A DNA stretch of 64,000 nucleotides from Nitrospinales bacterium (GCA_965223795.1 CBDCXL010000002.1:3008001-3072000), one strand, 5' to 3'. Positions 22,322-32,449 are shown, counted from the first letter of the stretch. Notes: a model not told the origin generated them from the sequence alone. Numbers and translations are program-made.

Positions 22322-22502
22322 GACGCTCCCCCTTCGGTGATCCGAATTTCCCGGAAACCTTAACCCACTCCAAAGGGGCGGTCAAGCCCGGAAGGCTGCC
22401 AAGCTCCCGATTTTTCATTGATTTTGTTAAAGCCGCGTTCCCGGCCGGTCGATAAGGAAACGATTGGGTTTCCTGCAACCGTTTCTGATACGGAATCTGT
22501 CT

Positions 22503-24755
22503 TTGGATACAACGAAACGTCTTTGCGTCATCGGCGGCGGCCTGTTTCAGGTGCCGCTCATCAAGACCGCCAGGTCCCTGGGCCTGGAAGTCGCGGTGAC
22601 GGACTACAACCCCGAAGCGGAAGGGATGCGGCTCGCCGATCATCCGCTCGTGGTCAGCACCCGCAACATCGAACTCACCCTCAATGCCGTGCGCGAGCTG
22701 CACGCCACCTGCCCGCTGGACGGGGTCCTGACCGCGGGCACCGACGCCTCGAAAACCGTGGCCGCGGTGGCCGACGCCCTGCACCTGCCCGGCATTCCCT
22801 ATGAGGTGGCCGAGCGCGCCACCGACAAGATCAAGATGCGCGAGCGCCTGTTGCAAAAAGGCGTTCCGGTGCCGGGGTTCCGCCCGGTGTGGAACCTGGA
22901 CGACGCGCGCCGGGCGCTTGAAGAACTCAAGCCGCCCTGGGTGATCAAGCCTTCGGACAATATGGGTGCGCGCGGCGTGCGCCGGATCGAAGTGGCCCAA
23001 GACCTGGCTACGGCTTTCGAGGAAGCCAAGGCGGCTTCGGTGAGCGGGCGGCTCTTGGTCGAAGAATACATGGACGGGCCGGAACTCAGCCTCGATGCGC
23101 TGGTCTTCGACGGCCGCTTTCAGGTGACGGGGATCGCCGACCGGCACATCGAACGGGCGCCGTATTTCGTCGAGGTGGGGCACACGATGCCCTCCAGCCT
23201 GCCGCAGTCCGTGCAGGATGCGGTGGCAGAGGTGTTCGAGCGCGCCGTCCGTGCGTTGGGCATCGACCTCGGCGCGGCCAAGGGCGACATCAAGTGGACG
23301 CCGGAGGGGCCCAAAATCGTGGAGATCGCCGCGCGGCTGAGCGGCGGCTGGATGTCGGCGCATACCTATCCCTTGTCCTCGGGCGTCGATGTGATGAAAG
23401 CGGCGATCCAGATCGCGCTCGGCGAAACACCCACCCACCTGACGCCCAAATTCGAAAAGGTGGCGGCGGAACGGGCGCTCATCCCCGAACCGGGCAAGAT
23501 CCTGTCCATCCGGGGCGTGGAGCAGGCGCGCAGGATGAAAGGCGTGCGCGAGATCATTTTCCTCAAGGAAGCCGGTGACACGGCGGAGGCGGTGACAAGC
23601 AATATGGGCAAGACGGGTTACGTGATCACCGTCGGCAGGACGCGCGAGGAGGCCATCCGCATCAACGACGCCGCCCGCGCGGCGATCCGTATCGAGACCG
23701 GTTCGCCGCAGGCGCTGACCTGGGAGGTGATCCGCAACAACGCGCGCAAGAAATTCTACATCGCCTGCAAGGCCTGCACGGTGTGCGACGGGCATGAATG
23801 CGCCGGGCGGGTGCCGGGCATCGGCGGCATCGGCACCGGCGAATCCTTCACCGAAAACCTGCGCGCGCTGGCGCGCTATAAAGTGAACCTGCGCACCATC
23901 CACAACGTGAAAGACCCGGACCTTGCGGTGGAGCTGTTCGGGCGGAAACTCAAAATCCCCATTCTGGCCGCGCCGATCACCGGCATGGAGACCAACCTCG
24001 CGGGCGGCATGGACGAACGCGCCTATGCGGACGCGGTGCTCGACGGCTGCCTGGATGCGGGCGGGCTCGGCATGGTGGGCGACGGCGCCAGCCCGAAAAA
24101 ATACCAGATTGGCCTGCAAGCCATCGAAGACCGGGGCGGGCAGGGGATTCCGGTCTTCAAGCCGCGGGAAGACAATCAGGCGATCCTCACCCGGTTCGAA
24201 GCGGCGCAAAAAGCCGGCGCGGTGGCGGTGGGGATCGACATCGACGCGGCTTCGTTCAAGACCATGTCTTTAAAAGGGCAGGCGGTGGGCCCGAAAACCG
24301 TGGAGGAGCTGCGCCGTCTCAAATTCCACCTTTCGGTGCCCTTTATATTGAAGGGCATTATGAACGTGGAGTCGGCGCTGCTGGCGCTCGAAGCGGGCGC
24401 CGATGCGATCGTCGTTTCCAATCACGGCGGCCGGGTGCTGGACACCATGCCCGGCACGGCGGACGTGCTGCCGGAGATCGCAAGCTCGGTGGCGGGGCGC
24501 GCCAAAGTGCTGGTGGACGGCGGCATCCGCGAGGGGGTGGACGTGCTCAAGATGCTGGCTCTGGGCGCGGACGCGGTGATGATCGGGCGTCCCGTGTGCA
24601 TCGCCGCTTTCGGCGCGGGCCGGGAAGGCGTGCGGTTTTATCTTGAACAGAAACGCGACGAGCTGAAAAAAGCCATGATCCTCACCGGCTGCGCGGACAC
24701 CGCGCACATCGATCCTGCTGTCATATTCCGCGACGCCAAGGGAGAACGGCGATGA
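22503..24755 (+). CDS. Fusion of an ATP-grasp ligase and an FMN-dependent alpha-hydroxy-acid dehydrogenase-like domain
   Basis: N-half ATDKIKMR, VIKPSDNMGARGV, VEEYMDGPE, VEIAARLSGG. C-half CKACTVCDGHECAG, LAAPITG, LKGIM, VSNHGGR, DGGIR, GRP. Start taken as TTG 22503 (ORF track 22464). Confidence 0.85.
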   Translation: MDTTKRLCVIGGGLFQVPLIKTARSLGLEVAVTDYNPEAEGMRLADHPLVVSTRNIELTLNAVRELHATCPLDGVLTAGTDASKTVAAVADALHLPGIPYEVAERATDKIKMRERLLQKGVPVPGFRPVWNLDDARRALEELKPPWVIKPSDNMGARGVRRIEVAQDLATAFEEAKAASVSGRLLVEEYMDGPELSLDALVFDGRFQVTGIADRHIERAPYFVEVGHTMPSSLPQSVQDAVAEVFERAVRALGIDLGAAKGDIKWTPEGPKIVEIAARLSGGWMSAHTYPLSSGVDVMKAAIQIALGETPTHLTPKFEKVAAERALIPEPGKILSIRGVEQARRMKGVREIIFLKEAGDTAEAVTSNMGKTGYVITVGRTREEAIRINDAARAAIRIETGSPQALTWEVIRNNARKKFYIACKACTVCDGHECAGRVPGIGGIGTGESFTENLRALARYKVNLRTIHNVKDPDLAVELFGRKLKIPILAAPITGMETNLAGGMDERAYADAVLDGCLDAGGLGMVGDGASPKKYQIGLQAIEDRGGQGIPVFKPREDNQAILTRFEAAQKAGAVAVGIDIDAASFKTMSLKGQAVGPKTVEELRRLKFHLSVPFILKGIMNVESALLALEAGADAIVVSNHGGRVLDTMPGTADVLPEIASSVAGRAKVLVDGGIREGVDVLKMLALGADAVMIGRPVCIAAFGAGREGVRFYLEQKRDELKKAMILTGCADTAHIDPAVIFRDAKGERR

Positions 24756-25564
24756 ACATCCGTCATAAAAACTTAAAGGTGCTGCGCGGCGGCGCCTCGG
24801 ACCTGGACCGGAATCTTCGGGAGGCGCTCAACCGTTTGAAAACCGAATTCGGCGCCTGCTGCGTCAAGCTGTCCACGGAAGACGCCGGCATGAGCCTGGA
24901 GCAGATCCGCTTATGGTCCGAACTGGCCGGCGGAATCCTGCCGGTGCTGGTGAAGATCGGCGGTCCCAACGCACGCAACGACGTGCGCCAGTTTCTGAAC
25001 GTACCCAATATCGACGGGTTGATCGCGCCGATGGTGGAATCGGTGTACGGGCTGGAAAACTTCATGGCCGCGGTGCGCGATTTCACCACGCCGATGCGCA
25101 TGCAGAGGCTGAAAAAGCACATCAACATCGAAACGGTCACCGCACTTTTGCAGCTCGACGCCATCCTCGAAGCTCCGGAAGCGGGACTCTTGGATGAAAT
25201 CACCATCGGCTGCAGCGATCTGTCCAAGTCCATGAAAAAAGACCGCATGGACCCCAAAGTCCAGGCGGAGGTCCGCAAAGCCGTGGCCGCCATCCGCGAA
25301 TGGGGCATCTCCGTCTCGATCGGCGGCGGCATCACGCCGGAAAACATCGACGCGCTCCTGGCCGACCTCAGGCCGCAGAAATTCAACACCCGCGTCATGA
25401 CTTTCGCCGTGAAGCCGGACACAGCCTACGGCCCGGCGGTGTTCGAGAGCCTGGAATTCGAGCTCATGATGCTGGAAAACGACTGCCGGCTGGGCTTCAT
25501 TTCCAAAGACGAGGAGAAATTCCGCGCCCGTGAACTGAGAAAACGCCTCGCCCGGCTCCCCTGA
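24752..25564 (+). CDS. HpcH/HpaI aldolase / citrate lyase-family TIM barrel protein
   Basis: VKIGGPNARND, IAPMVES, INIETVT, IGCSDLSKSM; ATGA overlap with upstream fusion. Confidence 0.75.
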   Translation: MNIRHKNLKVLRGGASDLDRNLREALNRLKTEFGACCVKLSTEDAGMSLEQIRLWSELAGGILPVLVKIGGPNARNDVRQFLNVPNIDGLIAPMVESVYGLENFMAAVRDFTTPMRMQRLKKHINIETVTALLQLDAILEAPEAGLLDEITIGCSDLSKSMKKDRMDPKVQAEVRKAVAAIREWGISVSIGGGITPENIDALLADLRPQKFNTRVMTFAVKPDTAYGPAVFESLEFELMMLENDCRLGFISKDEEKFRARELRKRLARLP

Positions 25565-25629
25565 ATCCTTTCTTTATATACGCCTCTGAATTTTCGTGTG
25601 TTTTTTCGCGGATTTTGTCAAGGATGTTG

Positions 25630-25657
25630 TTGACAAAAGCGATAATTCCCCTAAAAT
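25630..25657 (+). promoter_or_regulatory. Putative sigma70 promoter of aclBA
   Basis: TTGACA (25630-25635), 16 nt spacer, TAAAAT (25652-25657). Confidence 0.6.
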
Positions 25658-25808
25658 ATTTTGCCGCATTCCATATAAATTCAGATTTCAAAGGTACATT
25701 CAGGCGGGGCGGCCCCGACCCGGACCAGTTAAAACTCATTGAGTCTGCGATCTCTCTCGCCTGTACCGCGCCCAATAATTACAATCGTATGCAATTCAGG
25801 AGTGGAAA

Positions 25809-27080
25809 ATGCAAATAACCGGCATGCTCTGGGGGAGAAAATTACTGGACCTTGTGGAATTCCCACATTCCGAAGTTCGGGGTCCGGAACTCAGTGTCGA
25901 TGACATCAAGGATATGATCAAAAGGCATGGAGAGGTCTTCATCAAGCCTGTCTTCAAAGGCGGTGTTGGCAAGAAAGGGAAATCCGGACTGATCGGACGC
26001 GCCAAGAACATCACCGAGGCCCTCAAGGAAAAAGAACGCCTTTATTTCGCCGAGCACAAGGATGGCCACAGCACGACCAAGGCGGACGGCGTCACGTTCG
26101 AAGGTGCGGTGCCGGCCGAGCACGAAGTGTATTTCTCCATTTCGGAAAGCACCGTGTTCCGCGCGCCCACGATGACGATCACCCATCACGGCGGCGTGGA
26201 CATCGAGGAACTGCCCAAGGACAAGATCGCCGAGGTGCCGTTCGATCCGCTGACCGGGCTCAAGGCGTTCCACGTTTCCAACGCCCTGTCCAGCCTCGGC
26301 TGTCCGGGGGCGCTCATCAGCCCGCTGGTGCAGAACCTGCCGCGGCTCTGGGACCTGTACAACAATTACGGCATGATCATGCTGGAACTCAACCCGATCC
26401 GCATGATGCCGGGCAAGGGCGGCCGCCTGACGCCGGTGGCCTGCGACTTCAAATGCATGTTCGACCAGGACGACCCGGCGTGGAAGCGGCTGGGGCTGCC
26501 GTCGCACGTGTTCGCTTCGGACTACTCGGAATTCGAGCAGGAGATCAACCAGCTTCGCACCTACCAGGGCCAGAGCGACGTCTACGTGATCAACGACAAG
26601 GGCACCATCACCTCGCCCACTTTCGGCGGCGGCGCCAACGCGATGGTGACCGAGCTGCTCGGCGAGGACGCGACGATTTCCTCCGACTTCGGCGGCAACC
26701 CGCCCTACGAAAAGATGAACGACATTTCCAAGATCACGTTCAAATACTGGCTGGGGCAGTCGAACGTGCTGTTCATCATCGGCGGCAAGGCGAACAACAC
26801 GGACATCTACGAGACGTTCCGCGCCATCGCCGACGGGCTGCGCGCCTTTTTCCAGACCAACGGGCCCATTCCGCTGTTCGTTGTTGTTGGCCGCGGCGGC
26901 CCGAACCTCATCCGCGGAATGGCGTACCTCAGGGACACGCTGGATTCGCTGGGCGTGCCCTACCGGTTCTTCGGTCACGACAGCGCCATGTCCGAGGTGA
27001 TCAACTACACGCTGAAAGTGAACCAGTGGATGAAAAACGGCGGCAAGGAAAAAGTCAAAGCCAGCATGGGAATCAAATGA
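25809..27080 (+). CDS. aclB: ATP citrate lyase beta subunit (ATP-grasp)
   Basis: IKPVFKGGVGKKGKSGL, HHGGVDIEE, LELNP, FGGGA, DFGGNP, IIGGKANNTDI, GRGGPN; paired with the alpha subunit downstream. Confidence 0.88.
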   Translation: MQITGMLWGRKLLDLVEFPHSEVRGPELSVDDIKDMIKRHGEVFIKPVFKGGVGKKGKSGLIGRAKNITEALKEKERLYFAEHKDGHSTTKADGVTFEGAVPAEHEVYFSISESTVFRAPTMTITHHGGVDIEELPKDKIAEVPFDPLTGLKAFHVSNALSSLGCPGALISPLVQNLPRLWDLYNNYGMIMLELNPIRMMPGKGGRLTPVACDFKCMFDQDDPAWKRLGLPSHVFASDYSEFEQEINQLRTYQGQSDVYVINDKGTITSPTFGGGANAMVTELLGEDATISSDFGGNPPYEKMNDISKITFKYWLGQSNVLFIIGGKANNTDIYETFRAIADGLRAFFQTNGPIPLFVVVGRGGPNLIRGMAYLRDTLDSLGVPYRFFGHDSAMSEVINYTLKVNQWMKNGGKEKVKASMGIK

Positions 27081-27169
27081 CCATTGGATCCAACCGATCC
27101 AGGGAGCGGCGAAGCGGCCGCTCCGTAACACCAACTAAGGACACAACGGATCCGAACAGGAGGATTTGA

Positions 27170-29884
27170 ATGCATAAGAAAGGTATTGGAGATTTTCCCT
27201 ATTATGTTGGCGTCAATTCGCTCTCGGAATTGGCTACCAAGGACGACCGGGTCGTCGTTTTGAATATTCTCGGCAAGGAAAGTTCCGGCGTCACGCCCAT
27301 CAGCCATGAATATTCCGGCGGCAACGTGGTGTTCGGCACCGGGCCGGGCAAATCCGGCAAGTCCCTGCCGACCAAAATCGGCAAGATCCCGGTTTACAAT
27401 TCCATTAAAGAAGGCATGGAGGCGGGCCACAAGTTCAACACGGTGGTCGTGTACCTGCCGCCCGCGGGTGTGAAGGACGGCGTCGCGGAAGCGGTGCGCC
27501 AGAACCCGGATCTCAAAAAAGTCATCGTGCTCACGGAAAAGGTCTCGGTCAAGGACGCGCGCATCATGCGGGCGATCTGTCAGACCAACGGCGTGGACCT
27601 GTTCGGCGGCAACTGCCTGGGCGTCGCGGACGCGTGGAACCACGTGCGCCTCGGCGGGGCGCTGGGAGGCAGCCATCCGGAAGAGTCGCTCATCAAAGGA
27701 TCTGTGGCGATCTTTTCCAACTCCGGCAACTTCACCACCACTATCGCCGTCTACCTGGCGACGGCGGGCTGGGGCACCACGACTTCGGTGTCCAGCGGCA
27801 AGGACGTGTACATTCAGTACGGTCCGAAAGAGTTCCTGCACGCGTTCGAAAACGACGACCGCTCCAAGGTGGCGGTGATGTATTCGGAGCCGGGCGGTTA
27901 TTACGAGTACGGCCTTAAATCCTCCAAGCCGATCATCGCCTGCGTCGTCGGACGCTGGAAAGCGCGGCTGACCAAGGCCTGCGGCCATGCGGGCTCGCTT
28001 GCGGGTTCCGGAGACGACGCCATGGCCAAGGAAAAATGGTTCATGGATTATTTCGGGGTTGAGGGGATTTACACGCCGGAGAAGCCGATCTTCTCCAAAA
28101 AGGGCGCGCTGGTGACCAATATCGCGCACATTCCCGAAGCGCTTACGAAGGTCATGGACGCCAACGGCATCAAGACCGATTTCGAGCCGAAGGGCAGCCT
28201 TTCCCTCAAATGCTGGTTCGGCAACAACGGCGGTTTGAAGCTTCCCAAGGAGCTGGACGTGCCCGTGGTGGAGGCGATCAGCCCCTACAACGAGCAGATC
28301 CAGGCGCTGGAAAAGCATGTCGGGGCGCAGCTGCGCCGGGAGACGCTGAAGGATGCGAGCGGCGCTTCGATGATGGACCCGAAGACCCAGGTCTCGAAGA
28401 TCCACAACGTGTCCATTCTCGACGCGTCGAAAAAACCGTTCGAGTCCAATCTGGTGTTCGCGCTGACCAAGCAGTACCCGAGCGAATACGGCGAGAAGAT
28501 TGCCAACATCGCGCTCAACCTGTACGTCAACCAGCACGGACAGCCCACGATCGCCTCGGCGGAGGCCTCGCGCGAAGCGGGCAACTCGCCCAACACGGTG
28601 GTGGCGGCGGCGGTGAGCATCGTCGGCAAAAAGAAGGTCGAGGAGGCGATGAACGCGGCGCAGGTGCTGCTCGATCTGTTTCAGTACTCTAAAATGACGA
28701 ACCCGGAAGAGAATTTCGACTACGCCCAGCAGTTGAAAGACGCCGCGCCGCATGCGGACGCGCTGTTGACTTCCGACAAGGACAGCTGCGGCGGCAAGAT
28801 GGTCGAGGGCCTGAAACAGGCCGGCAATTCCGTGTTCGTGAATTTTCTGGCGGATTTCGCCAAGGCGCAGAACAAGACCCCGACGACAGACGCGCTGTTC
28901 GCGGCGGTGTGGTTGACGCTGGGCTGGAACTCGCTCAAGACCAAGAAGATCACCAAGAGCACGCTGGTGCGTCTGCCCTGGTACTCGCGCATCTTCAGCA
29001 CCATCGTCGGTGTGACGGCATCGCACGACAAGCATCAGAAAGACAGCTTCTGCGGCGTCAGCCTGGAAGAGCTGATCGGCAAGACTTCTTTCACCAAGAC
29101 GGCGTTTCTTGCGCTGCTCGGGCGGGAGCCGTCGGAAAGCGAGCTGTTCGAGTTCCAGGTGCTTTTGGGACTCATCATCACCAACGGTCCCGGCACCATT
29201 TCCGCGCAGGGAGCCAAAGGCGCGGTGAGCGCCGACGGCCCGGAGCAGCCCGACCGCGTGCAGGTGAACAAGAGCGTCATCGGTTTTCTCACCCACACCG
29301 GCTTCGCGCACGGCGGCAACGGTTACGAGGCGGCGGCGTTCCTGATCGAGAAGTTCAAGGACTCAGGTCTCAAGAGCCCGTCCGACAAGAACCACGGACT
29401 CGATCTGGATAAGATGGCGCTGGAGATCGCCACCGAGTACGGCAAGTACAAGGGGCAGCAGAAGGCCATCGGCAACCTCGATTACGCCAAGATCCCCTGC
29501 GTCAACCATCCTGTGTTCAAAGGCAAGGACGTGAACGTCGACCCGCGCGAGGAATTCGTGCGCAAGCTGTTCGAGGAAAAAGGGCTGAACAACGTGTTCC
29601 TCGATTTCTACCACAGCCTGGTCAACGGCCTGTTCAAGGCGAAGGTGAGCAAGAACGTCTACTGCGTGAACATCGACGCGGTGATCGCGGTCATCCTGCT
29701 CAAGATGGTGTGGCAGGACTTCAAGGACGGCAAGATGAAGGAAGAGGACATCGAGACGGCGAGCTTCGCCACCTTCCTGTTCGGCCGCATGATCGGCTGC
29801 GCCGCCGAGATCGACGACCACACCAGCCGCGGCAAGAACATGGACACCCGCACGCCGGCGAGCAAATGCGTCTACGTGGGATGA
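27170..29884 (+). CDS. aclA: ATP citrate lyase alpha subunit, long form
   Basis: CoA-binding/ligase region with phospho-His motif CGHAGS; C-terminal citryl-CoA lyase motifs FAHGGNG, NHPVFK..DPR, NIDAVIA, GRMIG. Confidence 0.88.
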   Translation: MHKKGIGDFPYYVGVNSLSELATKDDRVVVLNILGKESSGVTPISHEYSGGNVVFGTGPGKSGKSLPTKIGKIPVYNSIKEGMEAGHKFNTVVVYLPPAGVKDGVAEAVRQNPDLKKVIVLTEKVSVKDARIMRAICQTNGVDLFGGNCLGVADAWNHVRLGGALGGSHPEESLIKGSVAIFSNSGNFTTTIAVYLATAGWGTTTSVSSGKDVYIQYGPKEFLHAFENDDRSKVAVMYSEPGGYYEYGLKSSKPIIACVVGRWKARLTKACGHAGSLAGSGDDAMAKEKWFMDYFGVEGIYTPEKPIFSKKGALVTNIAHIPEALTKVMDANGIKTDFEPKGSLSLKCWFGNNGGLKLPKELDVPVVEAISPYNEQIQALEKHVGAQLRRETLKDASGASMMDPKTQVSKIHNVSILDASKKPFESNLVFALTKQYPSEYGEKIANIALNLYVNQHGQPTIASAEASREAGNSPNTVVAAAVSIVGKKKVEEAMNAAQVLLDLFQYSKMTNPEENFDYAQQLKDAAPHADALLTSDKDSCGGKMVEGLKQAGNSVFVNFLADFAKAQNKTPTTDALFAAVWLTLGWNSLKTKKITKSTLVRLPWYSRIFSTIVGVTASHDKHQKDSFCGVSLEELIGKTSFTKTAFLALLGREPSESELFEFQVLLGLIITNGPGTISAQGAKGAVSADGPEQPDRVQVNKSVIGFLTHTGFAHGGNGYEAAAFLIEKFKDSGLKSPSDKNHGLDLDKMALEIATEYGKYKGQQKAIGNLDYAKIPCVNHPVFKGKDVNVDPREEFVRKLFEEKGLNNVFLDFYHSLVNGLFKAKVSKNVYCVNIDAVIAVILLKMVWQDFKDGKMKEEDIETASFATFLFGRMIGCAAEIDDHTSRGKNMDTRTPASKCVYVG

Positions 29885-29982
29885 CGGTGCGGCGGCAATA
29901 GCTGGCTGCTTGCAGGTTTACGGGCGGCCCCGGATGGTTGGGGCCGCCTGACTTAAGATGAGAGCATCAAGAAGGGTCGACG

Positions 29983-30732
29983 TTACGGCGCACCCCTCAG
30001 GGATGAAAAATCCCCTCCCGATCCGGGAGGGGATTTTTTTTGTCCCGCAATCGGCGTGGAGGGAGCGGCGATCGCTTCTGCCACCGCCTGCCGCACGGCG
30101 TTGCCGATGAGTTCTCCCAAAACAGTGTGCATGCCGCAGAGATTTTCCGGCACGTCGCCCGATGCGGCGATGACGATGCAGTCGGTTCCGGTTCCCGTCG
30201 CCGGACGGCCGGTTTTCGGGCTGACTTTTCCGGCTTCGATGAGGACGGCGGTCTTGGCCATGCCCGCGGTGTGGACGGCTTCGGTCATGCCGTCGATTCC
30301 GGGCAGGGCGTTGGTGGCGAGGATCAGGTTGATGGTGCCGGGTTCCCTGCTGTCGAGCGGCGCGTCGGCGGGATCGCCCGCGGCGCGCAGGTTGTGCAGT
30401 CCGGCGGTGGCGACGGCGTGCACCCACAACGGACCGTGGGTGAGGACGCTTTCGCGGTAGCGCTCGATGTCCGCACCGGTGAGCAGGCCCACCGCGTCGT
30501 TTGGCAGATCGAATGCGCGTTTGACTTCGGCAAAGATGCCGGCAAGCTCCTCATCGGCGAATTTTCCTTTTCGATGGTTGAACACGCAGGCCGTGCGCGT
30601 GAGGCCGCCGTTGTGCGGCGCCCAGCTCAACACCGGCCAGGGGGCGGGCAGGCGGACGAGCAGGGTGTCGCTCTCAAGCGTCACACAGAGAGGCGAGGCG
30701 GATTTTGCGGTTTGCGGCGCATGGGACTTCAT
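29983..30732 (-). CDS. cbiZ: Adenosylcobinamide amidohydrolase
   Basis: LSWAPHNGG, GLLTGA, ATAGLHN, GTINLIL, ATGTGTDCIVI motifs. Confidence 0.85.
   Translation of the reverse strand: MKSHAPQTAKSASPLCVTLESDTLLVRLPAPWPVLSWAPHNGGLTRTACVFNHRKGKFADEELAGIFAEVKRAFDLPNDAVGLLTGADIERYRESVLTHGPLWVHAVATAGLHNLRAAGDPADAPLDSREPGTINLILATNALPGIDGMTEAVHTAGMAKTAVLIEAGKVSPKTGRPATGTGTDCIVIAASGDVPENLCGMHTVLGELIGNAVRQAVAEAIAAPSTPIAGQKKSPPGSGGDFSSLRGAP
30006..30041. terminator. Bidirectional-type rho-independent terminator after aclA
   Basis: aaaaatcccctcccg-atc-cgggaggggatttttttt; a second hairpin ggcggcccc/ggggccgcc lies at 29923-29948. Confidence 0.8.
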
Positions 30733-30810
30733 GTGCCGGGAGTGTGCGTCGAATCCGTACGGATTGCAAGCGGTTTTGCGTTTATGGCAAAGCGGCGTTT
30801 GCGACGGGCT

Positions 30811-31323
30811 TCAGCGGTAACGGTGGACGAGAAACCGGTGCATTTCGTAGGCAGCGCCGGGGTCGATGCCGGCCTTTTTGAGGCAGACCCTGAGCTGCTC
30901 TTCGACGGTGTCGATGCCGTCCAGATTGGGTAAAAGCACGCCCTGTTTGTCTTCATATCTCACGGCGAGGCCAAATTGCTTGCAATCGAGCTGCGCCGGA
31001 TCGTCGATTTTTTCCAGCGGGCTCAGCACGTCGATGGAGATGGAGAGTTCGTCGAGTTCGTCGGCTGCGATCGCATCGAAACGGGGGTCTTTGGAGGCGG
31101 CCTTGACGGCGTTCTGGATGATCTCGACGGCGAGGCTGTCGTGCTGCGGCGTCAGGCTGCCGATGCAGCCGCGCAGCTGTCCGTTTTTTTTGAGAGAAAC
31201 GAACACGCCTTTTTTCTGGCTGAGTTCGCCGCTCAGGAGATCGGGGCAGGGCAGTAAATGACCGCTGTTCAGGAAATGACGGATCGAATTGAATGCCAGA
31301 GAAATGTAGGGGTGGGCTTCCAT
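30811..31323 (-). CDS. AMMECR1-domain protein (AmmeMemoRadiSam system protein A)
   Basis: GVFVSLKKNGQLRGCIG, DPRF, GVLLP. Confidence 0.92.
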   Translation of the reverse strand: MEAHPYISLAFNSIRHFLNSGHLLPCPDLLSGELSQKKGVFVSLKKNGQLRGCIGSLTPQHDSLAVEIIQNAVKAASKDPRFDAIAADELDELSISIDVLSPLEKIDDPAQLDCKQFGLAVRYEDKQGVLLPNLDGIDTVEEQLRVCLKKAGIDPGAAYEMHRFLVHRYR

Positions 31324-31447
31324 GCGACTCCCATGCCTTTCTCCCTCCTCAATGACAGGATAAGCCGGGTTGTGCCGGGGCGCAAGAAATTTGCGGAAAA
31401 TGCGGCCCGTGCGGGCGAGACGGGGATGCGGCGGCGAACGGGAGCGC

Positions 31448-32449
31448 TCAGTGGCAGGATTTGGCTGCCGTGTGGCGGTCGATGGTGTAGTCGGCCACGG
31501 CGATGAGGCAATCGGCGTATTCCGGGCTGGGGAACTGCTGACCGCGCAGGGTGGCTTTGGCGCGGTCGATGTATCCGCGCGCCAGTTCGAGCGTGTAGTC
31601 GATGGATTTTGCTTCGCGCAGCCGCTCCAGGATGAAGGTGAAGTCTTTCTGTGTGATGTTTTCGTTTTTCACGAAGGCTTCGATCTGCTTTTTCATGCGG
31701 CGGTCGCTGTTCTGGTACAGGTGCAGGAGCGGCAGGGTGACGTGCCCTTCCTTGAAATCGGTTCCCGGCGGTTTGCCGAGCAGTTCCTCGTCGCCTTCAT
31801 AATCCATGGCGTCGTCCACCAGCTGGAACGCCATGCCGAAATCGTTGGCGAAGGAGACGATGCTGCTTTCCTGGTCTTCCCCGGCGTCGGCGAGCAATGC
31901 GCCCATCTGGCAGCTCACGGCGATGATGGAGGCGGTCTTTCTGTGGATCACATCCAGGCAGTGCTGCTTGCTGACATTGAGCTTGCGGGCTTGCGTGAAT
32001 TCGAGGATGCCGCCTTCCACCAGGATCTTCGTCGCCTCGGCGATGGCTTTGATGATCCGCTCGTCGCAGTCCTGCGCGAGCAGCAGGATGGCGCGGGAGA
32101 TCAGGAAATCCCCCACTAAAATGCTGGCGTCGCTGCCCCACTTGGAGTTGACGGTCTCGTTGCCGCGGCGCACGGTGGTTTCGTCGACCACGTCGTCGTG
32201 CAGCAGGGTGGCGGCGTGAATGTATTCCACCACGCAGCCGTGCTTGATCACTGCGGCGTCGCCTTCCCGGCCGCAGAGCCGGGCGGAAATCAGCGTGAGC
32301 AGCGGCCGGATCCGCTTTCCGCCCCCTTCCATGAGGTACCCGGCGATTCCCGGAATGAGAGGGACGTCCGAGGTGTAGTTTTTCTTGATGGCTTCCTCGA
32401 CCTTAGCCAGATCCTCCTTGAAGAGTCTTGTGACGCCGCTGTATTCCAT
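31448..32449 (-). CDS. ispB: Polyprenyl diphosphate synthase
   Basis: GGKRIRP, HAATLLHDDVVD, RRG, FQLVDDAMD, GKPPGTDFKEG. Start could be 32449 or 32461. Confidence 0.9.
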   Translation of the reverse strand: MEYSGVTRLFKEDLAKVEEAIKKNYTSDVPLIPGIAGYLMEGGGKRIRPLLTLISARLCGREGDAAVIKHGCVVEYIHAATLLHDDVVDETTVRRGNETVNSKWGSDASILVGDFLISRAILLLAQDCDERIIKAIAEATKILVEGGILEFTQARKLNVSKQHCLDVIHRKTASIIAVSCQMGALLADAGEDQESSIVSFANDFGMAFQLVDDAMDYEGDEELLGKPPGTDFKEGHVTLPLLHLYQNSDRRMKKQIEAFVKNENITQKDFTFILERLREAKSIDYTLELARGYIDRAKATLRGQQFPSPEYADCLIAVADYTIDRHTAAKSCH

